Below, in pieces: positions 40,646 through 54,485 of a stretch of 64,000 bases of DNA. The stretch comes from Marsupella aquatica (Eukaryota; Plantae; Marchantiophyta). The notes below the pieces were generated by a model. The model saw nothing but the letters and a program-made list of their open reading frames with translations. It did no database searches and was not told the origin of the DNA. The stretch spans positions 9,970,184-10,034,183 of the forward strand of contig OZ316895.1 in NCBI GenBank assembly GCA_973895155.1. Reading direction: 5' to 3'. The position numbers and the translations under genes are program-made. Position 1 is the stretch's first letter; each line of letters starts with the position of its first letter.

Positions 40646-41145
40646 AGACATTTGTCGATCAACTTTATTTTATTTTGGTCTTGAACGATTACAAGAAATT
40701 CCAATTGTAGGATACAAAAGCCATCACCTTGAACTGATAATGATTTGATTTGTTGATTATATTCTACGATAGAAAAGCAAGCTAGCAGCAAGTTTACTTT
40801 AGTTTAATCTACCCTGTTCATTACCGATCCAGGCCTAATAGCTCTAAGCACATATTTGCTTGATGAGGGTACACAATTTTGCATTCACTTGATGGAGACA
40901 TTTGTCGATCAACTTTATTTTATTTTCGTCTTGAACGATTACAAGAAATTCCAATTGTACGATACAAAAGCCATCACCTTGAACTGATAATGATTTGATT
41001 TGTTGATTATATTCTACGATAGAAAAGCAAGCTAGCAGCAAGTTTACTTTAGTTTAATCTACCCTGTTCATTACCGATCCAGGCCTAATAGCTCTAAGCA
41101 CATATTTGCTTGATGAGGGTACACAATTTTGCATTCACTTGATGG
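40646..41145. repeat. Recent 250-bp tandem duplication
   Basis: 40646-40895 versus 40896-41145, two mismatches seen. Confidence 0.95.
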
Positions 41146-42981
41146 GGTCAAACAGGTGTACGTATTTGATTTCAGTCTTGGGTCTTCTTGAATTACGAAG
41201 GAAAACATGCTCCCCATCCGGGTCCCCATCGAGTGAATTTCAAAGTTACCACCACATCAAACGACATATTACTTTCAGTCTAGGGCCCATCAAGCAAATG
41301 TCTGTCGATCGGAAGTGCTGCACGGCATTCATTGATCACATGGTAACTGATGCAATTCTGAACAATTTAAAATATCAAGCACGAACACAAAGCTTGCACG
41401 CTCAGTCACTCAGGCTACTGTCATTTGGCGACTCGAATTACCTCAATGCTCACAGCCGTCTACTAGGTGTCGTCTCTAAACACCATTTGAGATTTTGACG
41501 ATAAATGTTTAATGAATTGTAGCTGGACAAACTCCGGGGACAAACTGCGTGGCCAGGAGAATAGCAAAATTGCGTGACCTTATTATAATCTGGATCGCCG
41601 TCTACTCGGATCATATTATAGATGAGATGAGATTCCAACACTTTACAAAAAACAGCGAGAAACTAAATTATATCCTCCTCGCTGCGGGCCTCGTTGACCT
41701 CGTCATCATTTCTGTCCCTACATTAACAAAGGAAAAGCACGTAGACGTACGACATATCTGGGGTTCCTCCGCCGGAAGAGCTAGATGTACCATACTTGGT
41801 CTGTACTACTGTACCAGATCGAGGGCAGTGGAGGTCACTATTATCCTCTAGAAGCTAGTTATGTGGCCAACCACGCTTTCAAGGAAAAGGCCACTAGGCA
41901 AGCTAGACATAACAGATAGGTATGATCGCAGACGGCCAGCCTTACCACGACCATTCGCAAGGAGATTAAGTTGATGCACATGATTTCTCGTCTACGATCC
42001 TAGGGTCTGACAGTGTAGTAATTGAGTACTCTCCCCTCCTGGCTAGAAAGGTGGCCGAGTCGGATTGGATGATGGAGAGTTCTGACTTTGCAGGAAAGGT
42101 GTGTCTAAGGAGATGGAGATCAGAAGAGGAGGAGATCAGAAGGAGAGGAGATCAGAAGAGGATTGGAGAGATAGAGCTGGAGGACTAAAGTTTGCTGGCT
42201 AGCTGCTAATCAGCACCAATTGAGATGTAATGTACAGTACACGGCTCTTCGTTCAGGACAACACTGTTACACAGGGCTGGTTAAATAGGACTTAGAACTG
42301 TCTGAACCCACTCCAGAGATTTGGAACCGCCAGCGTCGACACCGTGTAGGTACTCAGGGGAGGGTCAGCCGAGGTGCAGGGCAGCTAGGTAGACAGCAGC
42401 AGTCAGTCTCCTGCGGGTCTGCTGTGCTGTGCTGTAGCTAGCCCTGCGGTGCCTATCGATCCGATGAGTTGTACAGAATGATGGGTGCATGTATTGATCA
42501 GTGTCTGACTATTAGCTACATTGCCGAATCTAACAGAAACTGCTTTCCTCCAGGGATGTATGGGTAGGCAGAGCCTGATGACTGCGAGCTACAGCAGTGA
42601 ATTATAGATTGCTCTAGCTCTTCTAGCTATCCATATATGTTTGAGGGTTCTTCATATCTTGGCAGCAGCAGCTCCAGAGAGAAGTCATGGATACTACGTT
42701 ATATGTACTGGGTCGGCTACATGCATTAGGATTCGATCACTGCAGATGGTAATAAGATCGAGAGAGATTAGAGAGATTGATTTGTGTCGTGAAAGGCCCC
42801 ACAATCCGCAAAAGCCGAGGCTGAATTGATGCAATGCAGCAGCAGGGAATGCTTCGGTACGTTCTCGCCATTTGAAACGCACTTCTCCTGTGTCATATAT
42901 ATGAGTTTCATGATTGTGTAATCCATGAATGATGTTTGATGTACAAGTGGTGTATATATGAAGTTACGTTGTACAGAACGC

Positions 42982-44450
42982 TTAGTCTGAGTCGTCTCTC
43001 CACAACCGCGTCTTCCTGAAAAGCTTGAGATCCCTACACGCAAGCAAGAGGTCGCCGGGCGGTGCTGTCCCAGTCACTGTAACCATTTCTTTCAGTAGAA
43101 ATGTTACCACATCCGCCACACCTTATTAGACAAAAATATACACGAATGCACAATTAGAGCATGCCCACATGTGATGCTTGCACGCACCCACGGATTACAT
43201 TTACGGAATGATCTCTACTGATTTGTCTATTTAGACATTAATTGCGGAACGGGTTGCGGAATTAATTGAAGCCCTGTCCTCGTTACAAATAAAGCAGACT
43301 GAGCACTAAGGGTCATGCATAACTACGACATCCAAATCTCAAGACTTGCAGATTGTGATCCATCACGCAAGTAGACAGAAAATTCACACAGGTCACCAAC
43401 TGTAGAACCAGGAACTCTTACACAGACTTAATTGAAAATATGGTTTACTGACATAGCCACCCATTTGATATATCTATCATGATACACATACCATACGCAT
43501 TCACAAGAATAAAATAGACGACTCCTAGCTGTGAATTCTTTACACTAATTCATGAATTCAAGCTTCCAAATTTAAAATTCAATAGGGGAAATCAATAGAA
43601 ACAATGAACCACACAATTAACACATGGATATTGCACGGCTAGCTGGTCCTCAAGACCAGTGCAGACTAGTTGTGGTTAAAACTACTATTATGCCTACGGC
43701 ACTAATAACCCCAATGAGAGTAAGTAGGCAACGATAATTATCACTAGGATAGCTACTAGAATATCCAACTGTTATAGGTTGATTACCAGCCACGTTCTTT
43801 AGAGCGACGGTCACAGTTTCTTCGCACTCCGGGCAGCACATCGGCACCTTAAGAATAACTTTCGCTTCTTGAACATCCTCCGGCTGCCTGTTGGCGTTAC
43901 TGATTCTAGACTTCTCCTCGTTGTGGCCATCTTTGCTCAAATCATCTGCGTCTTGGACTGATGACTGTCGAGCTGATGACTCTCTGGACGACTCTTCAAC
44001 CTCTAGCCAGTTGCTTTCCAGATCATCGGACTCTTCCTAACTCAGCGTCATCCATTAGACACAATCATTCAAGAGGGCACGAACATGAGACCTATACAGA
44101 ACACAGGTGGATATGCTCATGGGCAGTCCAGTCAAGAGTTCCCCGAATGTTGACGGATCATATATACATTTCAATGAGGGAGTCAGGCTATGAAGGTTAT
44201 AAAAATATATACGTTACAGAAATGCATGAGCTGCGGTATGTAATTCACCTCTGAATCGTCAGTAGTAACGTCAGATTCGGCGTCAGATAGTGGTGGCGAC
44301 GGCTCAGTGTAGAAGTAATTGTAGCGGTGGATGATCTCGAGAATTTCTCTGTGCTCGTCTTTCAGAATTTGAACAGACTCCCGTTCACCGTAAAAAAGCT
44401 GTAGCTCAAACAAACATGGAGGTACGCTATCGAGTTCGTGAATTCTTTCA
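42982..44450 (-). CDS. Heavy-metal-associated (HMA) domain protein with acidic N-terminal region; 5' end not determined
   Basis: Exons about 44249-44450, 43787-44036 and 42982-43121 join in frame via GT-AG to give ...DDSE|EESDD...VILKVPMCCPECEETVTVALKNVA|GVADVVTFLLKEMVTVTGTAPPGDLLLAC...*. The CxxC metal motif is present. Confidence 0.75.
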
Positions 44451-47400
44451 TGACTGCTGACGGAACGATAGGATCAATAGTTCCCCGAGTAGTTTCAGCT
44501 AAGCTGAGGATCTACGATGGAATTGAAGTACTTCGATCAAAACAACTCAATATGCTTGTTACTCACATCTGTCACTGAAATCATTGCCATTTTCAGCCAG
44601 ACTTTTGGTCCTGGAGATCAGTTGACAAAGCTCACTGAAAACGGTTGTGTGATAATGCACAGTAACGCCTGGAGCCACGTCGTCACCTGCAGTTGCCACA
44701 GATATGCACAACGTACGTTCACTTGGTATGACAATACGCGGGAGTATTACTCCAAACAGAGCTTAGCACTCACCCAGACGATCATGTGACTACAGCAGAC
44801 TCAGAGGAAATGCAACTCGATCATTCTTCTGGATTCATACTGATATGAGAATGGTGCACATGTCTATCAATCTCCACTCATTACACACACACATGTGGTT
44901 CATTCAGCTGTTGACATGACCGCATTCATAGCCGGATATTTTAAGTAGACTCTCCCTCGAGCTCGCAGGATCAAAATGACGGCAAGAACAACTTCAGACG
45001 AGACAATGGCAAAAGTGCAAGTCCGCCTCAGATTAACACCCTGTAATCAAAGAGGTACAATTTGAGCATATAATTATGACACATTATGAGGATCTGAAGA
45101 GCAAACATTAATCACGTACTGCGATCACGGCATCCAAAGTACAAATGAACAATGTTAGAATTTGAAGGGCGATCTAGATATACACGACCCACAGAATTTC
45201 ACCAATTAGCCTCATTTTCCTGATCGAGTCTCTCAGTATTCTCTGCTCTTGGCTTTGTATCTCTTCCTGGGAGGTTATTCTCATGTCTAGATAGGAAGTC
45301 AGATCACCTTAGCACCTAGCTCGTGGGCCGCCCCCCCCAAAAAAAAGCTCAAATCAGCACCATGCAAGTAATATGCAGCCAGAACTTAGCGCGGAACTTA
45401 GACGAGTGACAGTACATAATTGCTATCACAGTTTGTACCCACCCGTGATCTATTCCGTGCACCGAATTCCTTCAATTGACCTTTTCAATTCGACGAAATG
45501 GTTGAGTCATGTCACAATCTCGTATGCTTTCCGATCGCTCATGCAGTAGTCCAGGCCAGGATACCAATTCAATGTTCTTATCTAGCGCTTGGCCACAGTA
45601 CCTGATGGACTGAGCATGGATCACCCAAACAAACAGTACAATGAATACTGAGTGCAGCCTGCTTTCCGGGACAAAAATCAGCTAGCTCTCTATGTCAGTG
45701 TCCGGCAGAACATGAGGGGGTGGTGGGTGGGTCTAGATGTCGTGGAGAATTTCCGAAGATCGAAATCCCTGCCTCACACCACCAATCCTCGTCCTTCTGC
45801 AATTCTTCTGGACTGGTCCCTTTCTATTTCTGCTGAAGTCAGTCAGAAAATAAAGCAGCCAGACTACACTGCCGTAGAGCTCTATAGAGACATAGAGCGC
45901 TACTCTACTAGGGGTCAGTATGTTGATGACAGTCGATCAGGCAGTTCAAGGCAGCAGTCCAGGAGGCAAAGACAGACAGCAACAGACTGAGGCATAAAAC
46001 CCGAGAAGACTCTTGCTGATGAGCTCAACAATCAAATGGAATGAATGAACGAATTGGACTTCGTGAAGGATGAAAAGGATTGACCCTGCTCCCAGTCTCT
46101 CACCTCTTTAATACTACAGAGACCCGGGCCCGCAAGCATGTTTCCCCACACCATTTGGTCGTTCGATCCCCAATCTGAGCAACTTCACTTTGAACTCACA
46201 GCTGGCACCGCGGATCATCCAAAAGGCATCGATCCACACATCCAAAATCCGGCTTGGTATCATGTACGTACTAACGAGGACGGGCAAGCCATCGTACTTA
46301 CCGTACCATACTGCATACTTGAACACCATGGATGGATTGGATGTGCAGCAGTAGTACAGAGAACTTCGCTTTTGTGGGTTGTAAACTTTCAGACGTGATC
46401 ATGACCGGCTCACTGTCGAGCCACGTGAAGTGAAACGTGCGTGATGTCCTTTGGATATAGTGGTCTTTTCTAGTACATTGGAAGAAAACCTGTGTTCGGC
46501 AATTAATTATTATCGACGTGGTACAAGGCCAGCGTAGAACGCAGAGGCCGAGGGTGTAATGAGAAGGATTGTTTGGGTAGTGGGGTGTTCTGTTTGCAAG
46601 GAGACTTGTGGTTATTTTAGCGCTTAGACTTAAACCTCAGAAACCTTGTGGAGCCTGTGGCCGCCATCATGAAATGCAGAAAAGTGGCCGACTGTTTGCA
46701 TGAACGAGTTCCCATGGATCATCGATCTATTATCATGGCCCCGAATCACAATTTGCTTTAGAGCTCTCTTAACAACCAAGCATTTCCCAAAATGTCAGAC
46801 CTCTGAGTTCTTATCGACATCGTCTATGATGACTGTCAAGTAGCATGATTCTAGAGTTAAATTTCCCAAACGGGCTGTAAGTTGCTGAAGGCAATCATCA
46901 CGTGGATCAATTGGTGAATGTGGCTGTGTGAGGGAAAAGAAGTCGTCAGTTCTGTTGTATAGTACGTAGAGCCCATTAAAGTCATGAGACTGGTGGCTTA
47001 GCGAATCAAACTCATTTCTTGATTTCCTCAGCCGCTAGCTCATCTCAAGTAAAGTGGAATTCGTTGATTAAATGAGCATTTACTTATGGATGAATAGTTT
47101 TGCTTCAGAAAAGTTTCAGCCAGGTGCCTAGGTCCTGCCTATATACCAAATCTCAATCTGAGAGACAGGCTGCCTGAGCCCCAGCAGTGGCGGCGCGCGT
47201 GCTGTGGGAAGGGAGAGGGGCGGGGGGCCTGGGGCTTAGCCTTTCATCAGCTGGATTCTTCTGGGGCGTCAATGTTCCAGAGTGTCGCAACACAACACCA
47301 CATACCGTACTGGCAGGAAGAGTACTATGTAGGATGTTTTCATACAGATCTAACACCTGTCATAGTGTCACAACAGATACGCTCTCAATCAAAGTGACAT

Positions 47401-50400
47401 GTTCTTATGTTGCGTCCTTGCTTTTCTGGACACTACGACACCAGGCAGCCCCTGTACCTAAGGTGCGGAGGGTTGAGCCTGACTGGGTCCAGGACTGGGT
47501 AAGTGATGGCATGGTAGGACCAAGTCTTAATCGGGTCTTCATTCAGATATTCGTTCTAGTTCAAGTACCTGAGTATTCTGGATGGCTTCGGAGCAACGAG
47601 TCCTCCATATAGAAAGGAAAAAGTACTGCTAGAACCACTGCCCCCAACCAATGTGGATCTAACGAAGGTGTCGCTTGATCGAGTTTTTTCTTCATAGCTT
47701 GATGCTAGCCTGCAGTGGAATTTGATTTGGTTGTAGATGCCCTTTTCCAAATGAATACTCAGATTATGCCTGGAAGAGATGCTTGATATGTAGATGGGGC
47801 AGATTTAACTTTGCAATCAAAGTAATTCATGCAGTACAGAACTTTTTTGAATATAGAGCGCATCATCATCACCGATTGTAGTTCCTCTGACGTCCAACAT
47901 CCTAGAACATCTCCTAGATATTGGATGTTTACTTAGGGACAGAGGTCAGTGCATGTCCAGCTCGATGCAATTAATTCAATTCCCCAAAACAATGCCTGAT
48001 CTACCACGTGCCTCCACACCTATTCCCAGTTATAAAAGAGCCTCGAGAAGACAGCAATATTCATTTTCAGTGGCGCATTTCGAAAAAGCAATCTCCAGAT
48101 TTTGGGGATTTTCGTTCCTAAGCATGAATTCATAAAGCTAGCTTGTCACAAAAATTCTAGTACGGTAACAACATGGTCAAAGACAGAATGATGCTGCACT
48201 GTAACAGAGGCGGCCAGGTAGGTATTCGTACGCGACAATACCAGAGTTTGTCTACTGTAGGTGAACACGAGCAGTGAAAAACGAAACTTGTCTTTGGCGA
48301 ATATTTGTTCTTGTCTTCTTGATGGAGATCGAGGAATGTTTAATTTTCTCGTATTCAGTACCCTATTTGGCGGTGGTAGTATATGTTATAGCGAACTGTT
48401 CATTTTTGGATAACGGTTTCTTGGGTAAAGAGACCAACCAGGCCCAATCTGGTTTCTGTTAGAGAACTTTCAGAAAACTCTCAATTCCCCCAAAATACAG
48501 CAACTTTCTGAATACTGTTCTCGCCACTCCAGGGGGACAACAACATTAGTTAAAACGCCTGGATAAGAAAGCCACTATCTTCCAATCCGAGTGGGTACTC
48601 AAAACGACTAAAAAACAGCGAGCCCATACTCGTAACATGTTTAATTTCAGGCCATCTGTGGCTGGAAATGACCACTGCACGCATATTGAAGGACTCTCTG
48701 AGCTAAAAATTGAACAACAAGCTCTATATAATTATACTAAAGATTTGTAATGAGCTGTGAAATATGAAAACCATTTAAATAATTGATTTAATTAGCAGAC
48801 AGGGGCATGTATCAACAGCTGTACTCAGCCAGCTTAATTAGGGAACATCACAGCAAGAAATTGAAGCAAACATCAACACAACTTTTGATGAAAATGACGC
48901 AGCAGCTGCGAGTTCCTACTGTAGTCCAGCAGCAGGTGATCACTTAGTAACAGTAACTTTCGGAAAGAAACGAACCAGCAGATAGAGCAAAGCGGCTGAT
49001 GCCTGATGGTTCTCATTGCAGAGCCATCCAAGGTCCTGAGCAGGAAAGCATCTGGACGAAAAACGCAAAGATCTGCTCATTGGGAAGACCCATCCATCCG
49101 TAGACGAGGAGGGCACTCTCACGCGCAACTACTAGGTCCTATCGCTGGGACCTTCACTTAATCTTGATATTTGAATAACTAGACAAGAAATGTATCTAGT
49201 TCAGCAAAACTACCTTGATGTTTTGTCGAACTTGGAAAATAATAGTTCATACTTGTTCTACCTGTCTCAAAGTCAGATAGACCTATATAGTGTATGTAGA
49301 GTAGCTTGCTGACCTTGATGGTCCTCCACTCATTGGGTTCACTGGGTTCATTCCTAATAGTGATCTAAGTAACCCTATTCCGCTATTCGTACCAGTTTCC
49401 CGACCAGTTTAGGTGGAAATTACGAGGCCATCTCCTCTAGGTTTTTGTGCATACCAACCTTGGAGGTTTTAGCAGGATCAGGGCCCCACGGTCCCACAGT
49501 CTGACGTCAAGAATGTTCATAGACAACGTGTGGGGCCTAGACTATCATACGTTCCGCATGTTTGTATGTTTAAAATTGTGACCAAATGACTGAAGTGAAC
49601 TGAATGCTTTACTAACACTTCGAGAGTTGTCTTTGTCTCTAGATCGACGATGAGTTGGAATGGGATACGGACTGTACTTCAAACAAATTGGTTCGACCAC
49701 AATACTGTCAGTAGCTTTGCTCACGAGAGGTCTATCGATCAGCAGATCAAAGTTCCAGGACTCACTTATCTCCGAGGCAATTTGGATGGCCAACTGGAAC
49801 TTCAGCATAATCATCCAAACTGAGGTGATCCAGATTTGATGCCTACCTAAGAAAGCTAGCACATTAAAAAATTGGAGCGTCCTGATGCACAGTGATGCAC
49901 ATAGGGCTCTACCGAGTGGGGTAAGTTTGCCGACCTCTAATGCGTAGGGGCCGGGTAGAGCATACTGCAATCATTTTGCTTTGAATAGGGACCACCACGG
50001 TACTGCCATGCATGTTGCTGTCCCACGGAGCTCACCGGTGACAACCATTTATTGACAACCATTAATTATTGTTGCACCTGGTACTCTTTTATCATGGCCA
50101 GGCAACCTTTGTTTGTAGTCACACATTACTCACTCACATAGTCATTCTTTTCACGCCATCTACGCACAGCAATGATGTGGGATGGTTTGAAGGAACGAGA
50201 GAGATTCACTTGAAGTAATTCCAATCTGCACCTCGGTTTTGCAGCATACGCCCGCTTGATTTTACATCATCCGCCCCCTCGATTTTACAGCATCCGCCGT
50301 CCAGAGCCTCTCAAGATCGGACAATTTAGAATCTTCCCTAGGGTGAGGAGCAAAACTGGTCAGTCACCATGAGAAAGGCTCTTTGCATAGCGCTCGGCAG

Positions 50401-51248
50401 TAGTAGGGCTGTTGAGGTAGATTCTTAGGGCAGAGGGCGGTCCTCCAGAGAGGCAGTAGAGTAGAGTGGAGTGTATGGACCGGTCGGTCTGTCTCAACTT
50501 GGGTTCATTCATCAGGAGCGACAAACAAAAGGGCAAAAGGTGATCGATGAAACAGAAAGTGCAGTGAGGCATGGATCAAGCCAATAAAACGGCCAGGCGG
50601 CAAAAAGGCTGCCCAGTGAGGATGTCGGATCCGTCTGATCTGTCTGTCCGTCTGTCGTTCTTCGAAACTCGCCACAGGACTGGAATTGATACGAGTCGAA
50701 GAGAATCCGAGACGGAGGGGAGACAAAGAGAGAGAGAGAGAGAGTGAGAGGGAGAGGGACGACCATGGTGGAGCCGTGGAAGGAAGCCAAAAAGGAAGCA
50801 TTCCTAAACGAACGAACAAAATTGATCGAAACGACGGCGCTGATGACAGTACTGCACGCCTCTCTCAACCTTCCCTCCATTCATTGGTGTTGCTCGGGCT
50901 TCGGGTCACGAGCTTGCTGAGCAGCTGATGGGTTGGCCCCATAAATCTTACCTGCCGAAAAACACTCTCGCCACACGATAAGAGCAATAAGAGCATTCGC
51001 ACGGGATTCCCAGTTTGTGGGCCTACGATCTGAACAATTTGCAGCATTACTAACTTGCTTCGCCATGTTCGATCGCACTTCTTTTATTTTGCTGCCTCAT
51101 TTTCGATTCACCACGAAACTAACGCAATCTCGAGGCCGAGCCACACGTATATAGTTGCCCCCCTTCGCGGCCGGGAGAATGTAAATTTATATTAATTAAG
51201 TGACAATAGCACGGATGTAAAAGAATTCTATGTGTCAATAGGAGGGAG

Positions 51249-51680
51249 GAACCCCACTTTTGGTTGGGGTGAATGTTAAAACAATTTCAATTGGAATCCG
51301 GAGGATGCAAACCAGGGACTTGGGGTGAATGCTAAAACATTTTGGAATGGAGAGGATTCAAACCAGGGACTTGCCCAGCCCCAATGAGGTGCTCTACCAT
51401 TTTTTCTAAGTGTTGAACCCCACTTTTGGTTGGGGTGAATGTAAATTAAACATTTTGGAACCGGGAGTATGCAAGTTACCAGGGACTTGGGGTGAATGCT
51501 AAAACATTATGGAATGGGGAGGATTCAAATGAGGGACTTGCCCAGCCCCAACGAGGAGGTCTACAGCATGAATGAACCCCACTTTTGGTTGGGGTGAATG
51601 TTAACACATTTTGGAACCCGGAGGATCCAAACCAGGGACTTGCCCAGCCCCCATGAGGTGCTCTACTGCCAAGCGAGCCT
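51249..51680 (-). repeat. Tandem array of three tRNA-derived SINE-like units
   Basis: AACCCCACTTTTGGTTGGGGTGAATG at about 51249, 51416 and 51574. Minus-strand heads carry (T)GGTAGAGC (A-box-like) and CCCTGGTTTGNATCC (B-box-like). Confidence 0.65.
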
Positions 51681-52030
51681 GGGAACCGTTGAGGGAAAAT
51701 TCACCTTGTGCCCGATTTATACGGTTAACCAAATATGGCATGTCAAGCAGCAGGCAACGGCTTAGGGCTAATGAATGCTAATTAGTATTAATTATCCTCA
51801 AAATGACCTTTCATCCTTAATTATTTTTGCAGGTGGCCATTTTGGTTTTTCTACCCCCCCCCGATTGGACACCCTGGGGACCTTGTTGAGGCCCTTCCTA
51901 GCCTTAATTGGTTTTGAAAGGTCCCTGCCGCCCTTGGCAAAAACCTTAGCTGCTCTGCCTAGTTTGAATTTGGCGGCATATGTGTTGGCCAATGACGTAC
52001 GTAGTATGTACTCGGGGGGGGGGGGGGGGT

Positions 52031-54099
52031 CACTATATGGAGGGCCATACATTGCGTGCATGCAAAGTTTTAGGGTTTGACCCCCCTAACTTATAAGTGA
52101 GAAATAATCTTTTTGCAAAGCCTTTTCTTTTTAAAATTTTTGTCATTTTTTATTAAAAAACCTCTAAAAACTTTAAAGAAAGTATTTTTTGCAATTAAAT
52201 AGGCCTATGTGTTCTTTAAAGTTGACCAGTCAATAAAACATGCCCTATGTGTTCTTCCACCAAAATTTGGAAGTCTTCCACCACACCCATTTAAATGGGT
52301 CTATACTTCGTCACACGTGATGTGCCACTTCCGTGGAAGTGAACCCCCTGAGAGTATGTAGCTCAAGCGTGTGACACATCGGCGTTTGGAGTTTGCAAGA
52401 TGGTAATAGTTGGTTTGGGCCGAAAGCCGCTTCCAGAAATGGCTTTTCGAACCACTGGATTATTAGAATATTTTATTTTCCTACGGAAGAACCTGTAGGT
52501 TGTTCACTCACGTCCAAAAAGTTTTTGAGTCTACTTTTCCAGGTAATTTGTTGACACAAGGAAAAAATTGTGGTCATGCTATTTCAATAGAAAACAGTCA
52601 CATTTTCGTAGGCTAGGAGGTTTTTGAGAATTTCATGTCTGCAATTCCAGTTCTTCCCATTTCACATTACTTGCATATGTCTCCACCCCACTTACCCCAC
52701 AGTTTTTTCATTGTCGCATTTTAATTAACTCACCACTTAGTGCAATCTCAAGCTCATTTTGAGCCCTCCTGTACCTTTTCCCGCCCCCCTTCCGCTGCCC
52801 TTAATTAATATGTTTTGTGAGTGTAACTATCTATAAATGAACCCCAATTTTTGGTGGGATGTGTCTAGAAAGATTGCTGCCAGTAAGGTTCAACCCCACA
52901 ACTTGCCCTCCCGCATTCAAATGATCTACCACTGCACCAACATGTCCCATATGTTCAAGACCGCTCACAACTAGCATAGAAATTAATACTGGCGGGTAGT
53001 GCTTTCCTAATTAATCATACAGCCAATTAACTTAAATTAGCCTTGGGATTGCCTTTCATTCTTAACACATTCTAACCATGTCTGATCTAGATTGCCAATT
53101 TTCTTAATTTATAATTTTGTGTGCATGAGCCTAAGAAGTGTTGTGGTAGAGCAGGTAGATTTCAATGAAGAGAGTGGATAGCTTTCTTGATTCTCTAGGT
53201 GAAGGAACTGTGCAGTTTTGGTGATTGTGTGATCTTGCATATTCTCCCAAGTATGCACCTTTGTGACATCTCTAGCAAACTAAGTGCTTTGTATTTCACT
53301 TGTCAAGTTGCAATGAAATGAACTTTGATTTCATAAATTTAATTACTAGTTCATTGACCCCCCCCCCCCCCCCTTTATGTATGATTTAATGTTTGCAACT
53401 TACAAGAAGTGACACTTGGATTTCTCAATGACACACTCCTTGTAATTAAACAGAAAATCCTCCAAACTTTATGCACCATTCTTGTAACACGGCTTATCCA
53501 AAGAAAGTTATCTGCTTGGGGCCTCACTCCAAAGGGGCTCATATCATGCACAACATTCTTGGGTAATAAACACGGACCCTCAAATTAAGAAGAAATTGAA
53601 AACTAGTTCTACCCCTATTTATGGAACATTCTAAAAATATTCCTAGATTTGATTTAAAAATTCCCCTGAGTTCTTATAATTCTTAAAAGCACCCCTATAT
53701 AAGTCTTTCTCTATAGTAAACCCAATTATAACCCTATAATTCTCCATGCTTGATAGGTTGCACACAAAATTAGTGAGGACCCTGGGCTCCAATGTAAGGC
53801 CTAGAGGAGTTTATACATGGTGAAAGTAGTGCTAGTCTGGAGGGGTTTCAGTTCCACAAAGTGTCAGATCATGTGTGACAAAGCATATGGTTATTTTATT
53901 GGTTCTAAGGGAAAACTAAAAAACTTTATTGTCCGAAGAACATTAGGGTTTTTCAAAATCCAATTTCTCCATAATCATGTTTTGTAATGTTCCAAGAATG
54001 TTCTAGCTTAGTAGGGGTAGCAAAATAATATTTTCTCTTAAATACATTTTAGGAGGGAAGTCAAAATGTTGCAGGTGATGGGGAGGCCTCCATATAGTG
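52031..54099. mobile_element. Non-autonomous CACTA-type element (about 2.07 kb)
   Basis: Perfect 13-bp TIRs, CACTATATGGAGG (52031-52043) and CCTCCATATAGTG (54087-54099). Non-coding AT-rich interior. No 3-bp TSD recovered. Confidence 0.65.
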
Positions 54100-54485
54100 C
54101 CCGGTTTAACCTGACGGGCACCTTGACACCTTGTCGGGCATGTCAAATTGTCAAATGACGGCCCGAAAACGACCAATTTGATGGATATTCGATAAGATTC
54201 TCCCGAACTCACCCGAACCGACCCCGGACCCAAACCCAAACCCCCCCCCCCAGACCGCCTCTCCCTGGCCGGACCCTGAACCCGAACTTCCCCCCCTGAC
54301 CGCCCCCAAACCCAAACCCGAACCCGAACCCGGACCGCCCTCCCGGACCCCCCCAAACCCCCCCAAACCCGAACCCACCCCCCCGAACCCGAAATCAACC
54401 CCCCCCTGACTACTCCCGAGCCAGGGTGCCGGTTGCCGATTTGCCGGCCGTTTTCGCCCAGTTTGACGGGCAAGGTCAAACCGGG
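54100..54485. mobile_element. GC-rich MITE (386 bp) with 8-bp target-site duplication
   Basis: TIRs CCCGGTTTAACCT and AGGTCAAACCGGG. TSD ATATAGTG at 54092-54099 and 54486-54493. Internal CCCGAACC and CCCAAACC repeats. Confidence 0.85.

Noticed and set aside
45600-51100. Protein-coding gene or miRNA in the many short ORFs
   Set aside because: No recognisable domain, consistent exon chain or conserved miRNA sequence found by eye.
51249-51680. Functional tRNA genes
   Set aside because: Only degenerate A/B-box-like motifs, and I could not build a cloverleaf.
51854-52029. Small element with poly-C/poly-G ends
   Set aside because: The inverted match is only homopolymer plus GA, with no TSD.
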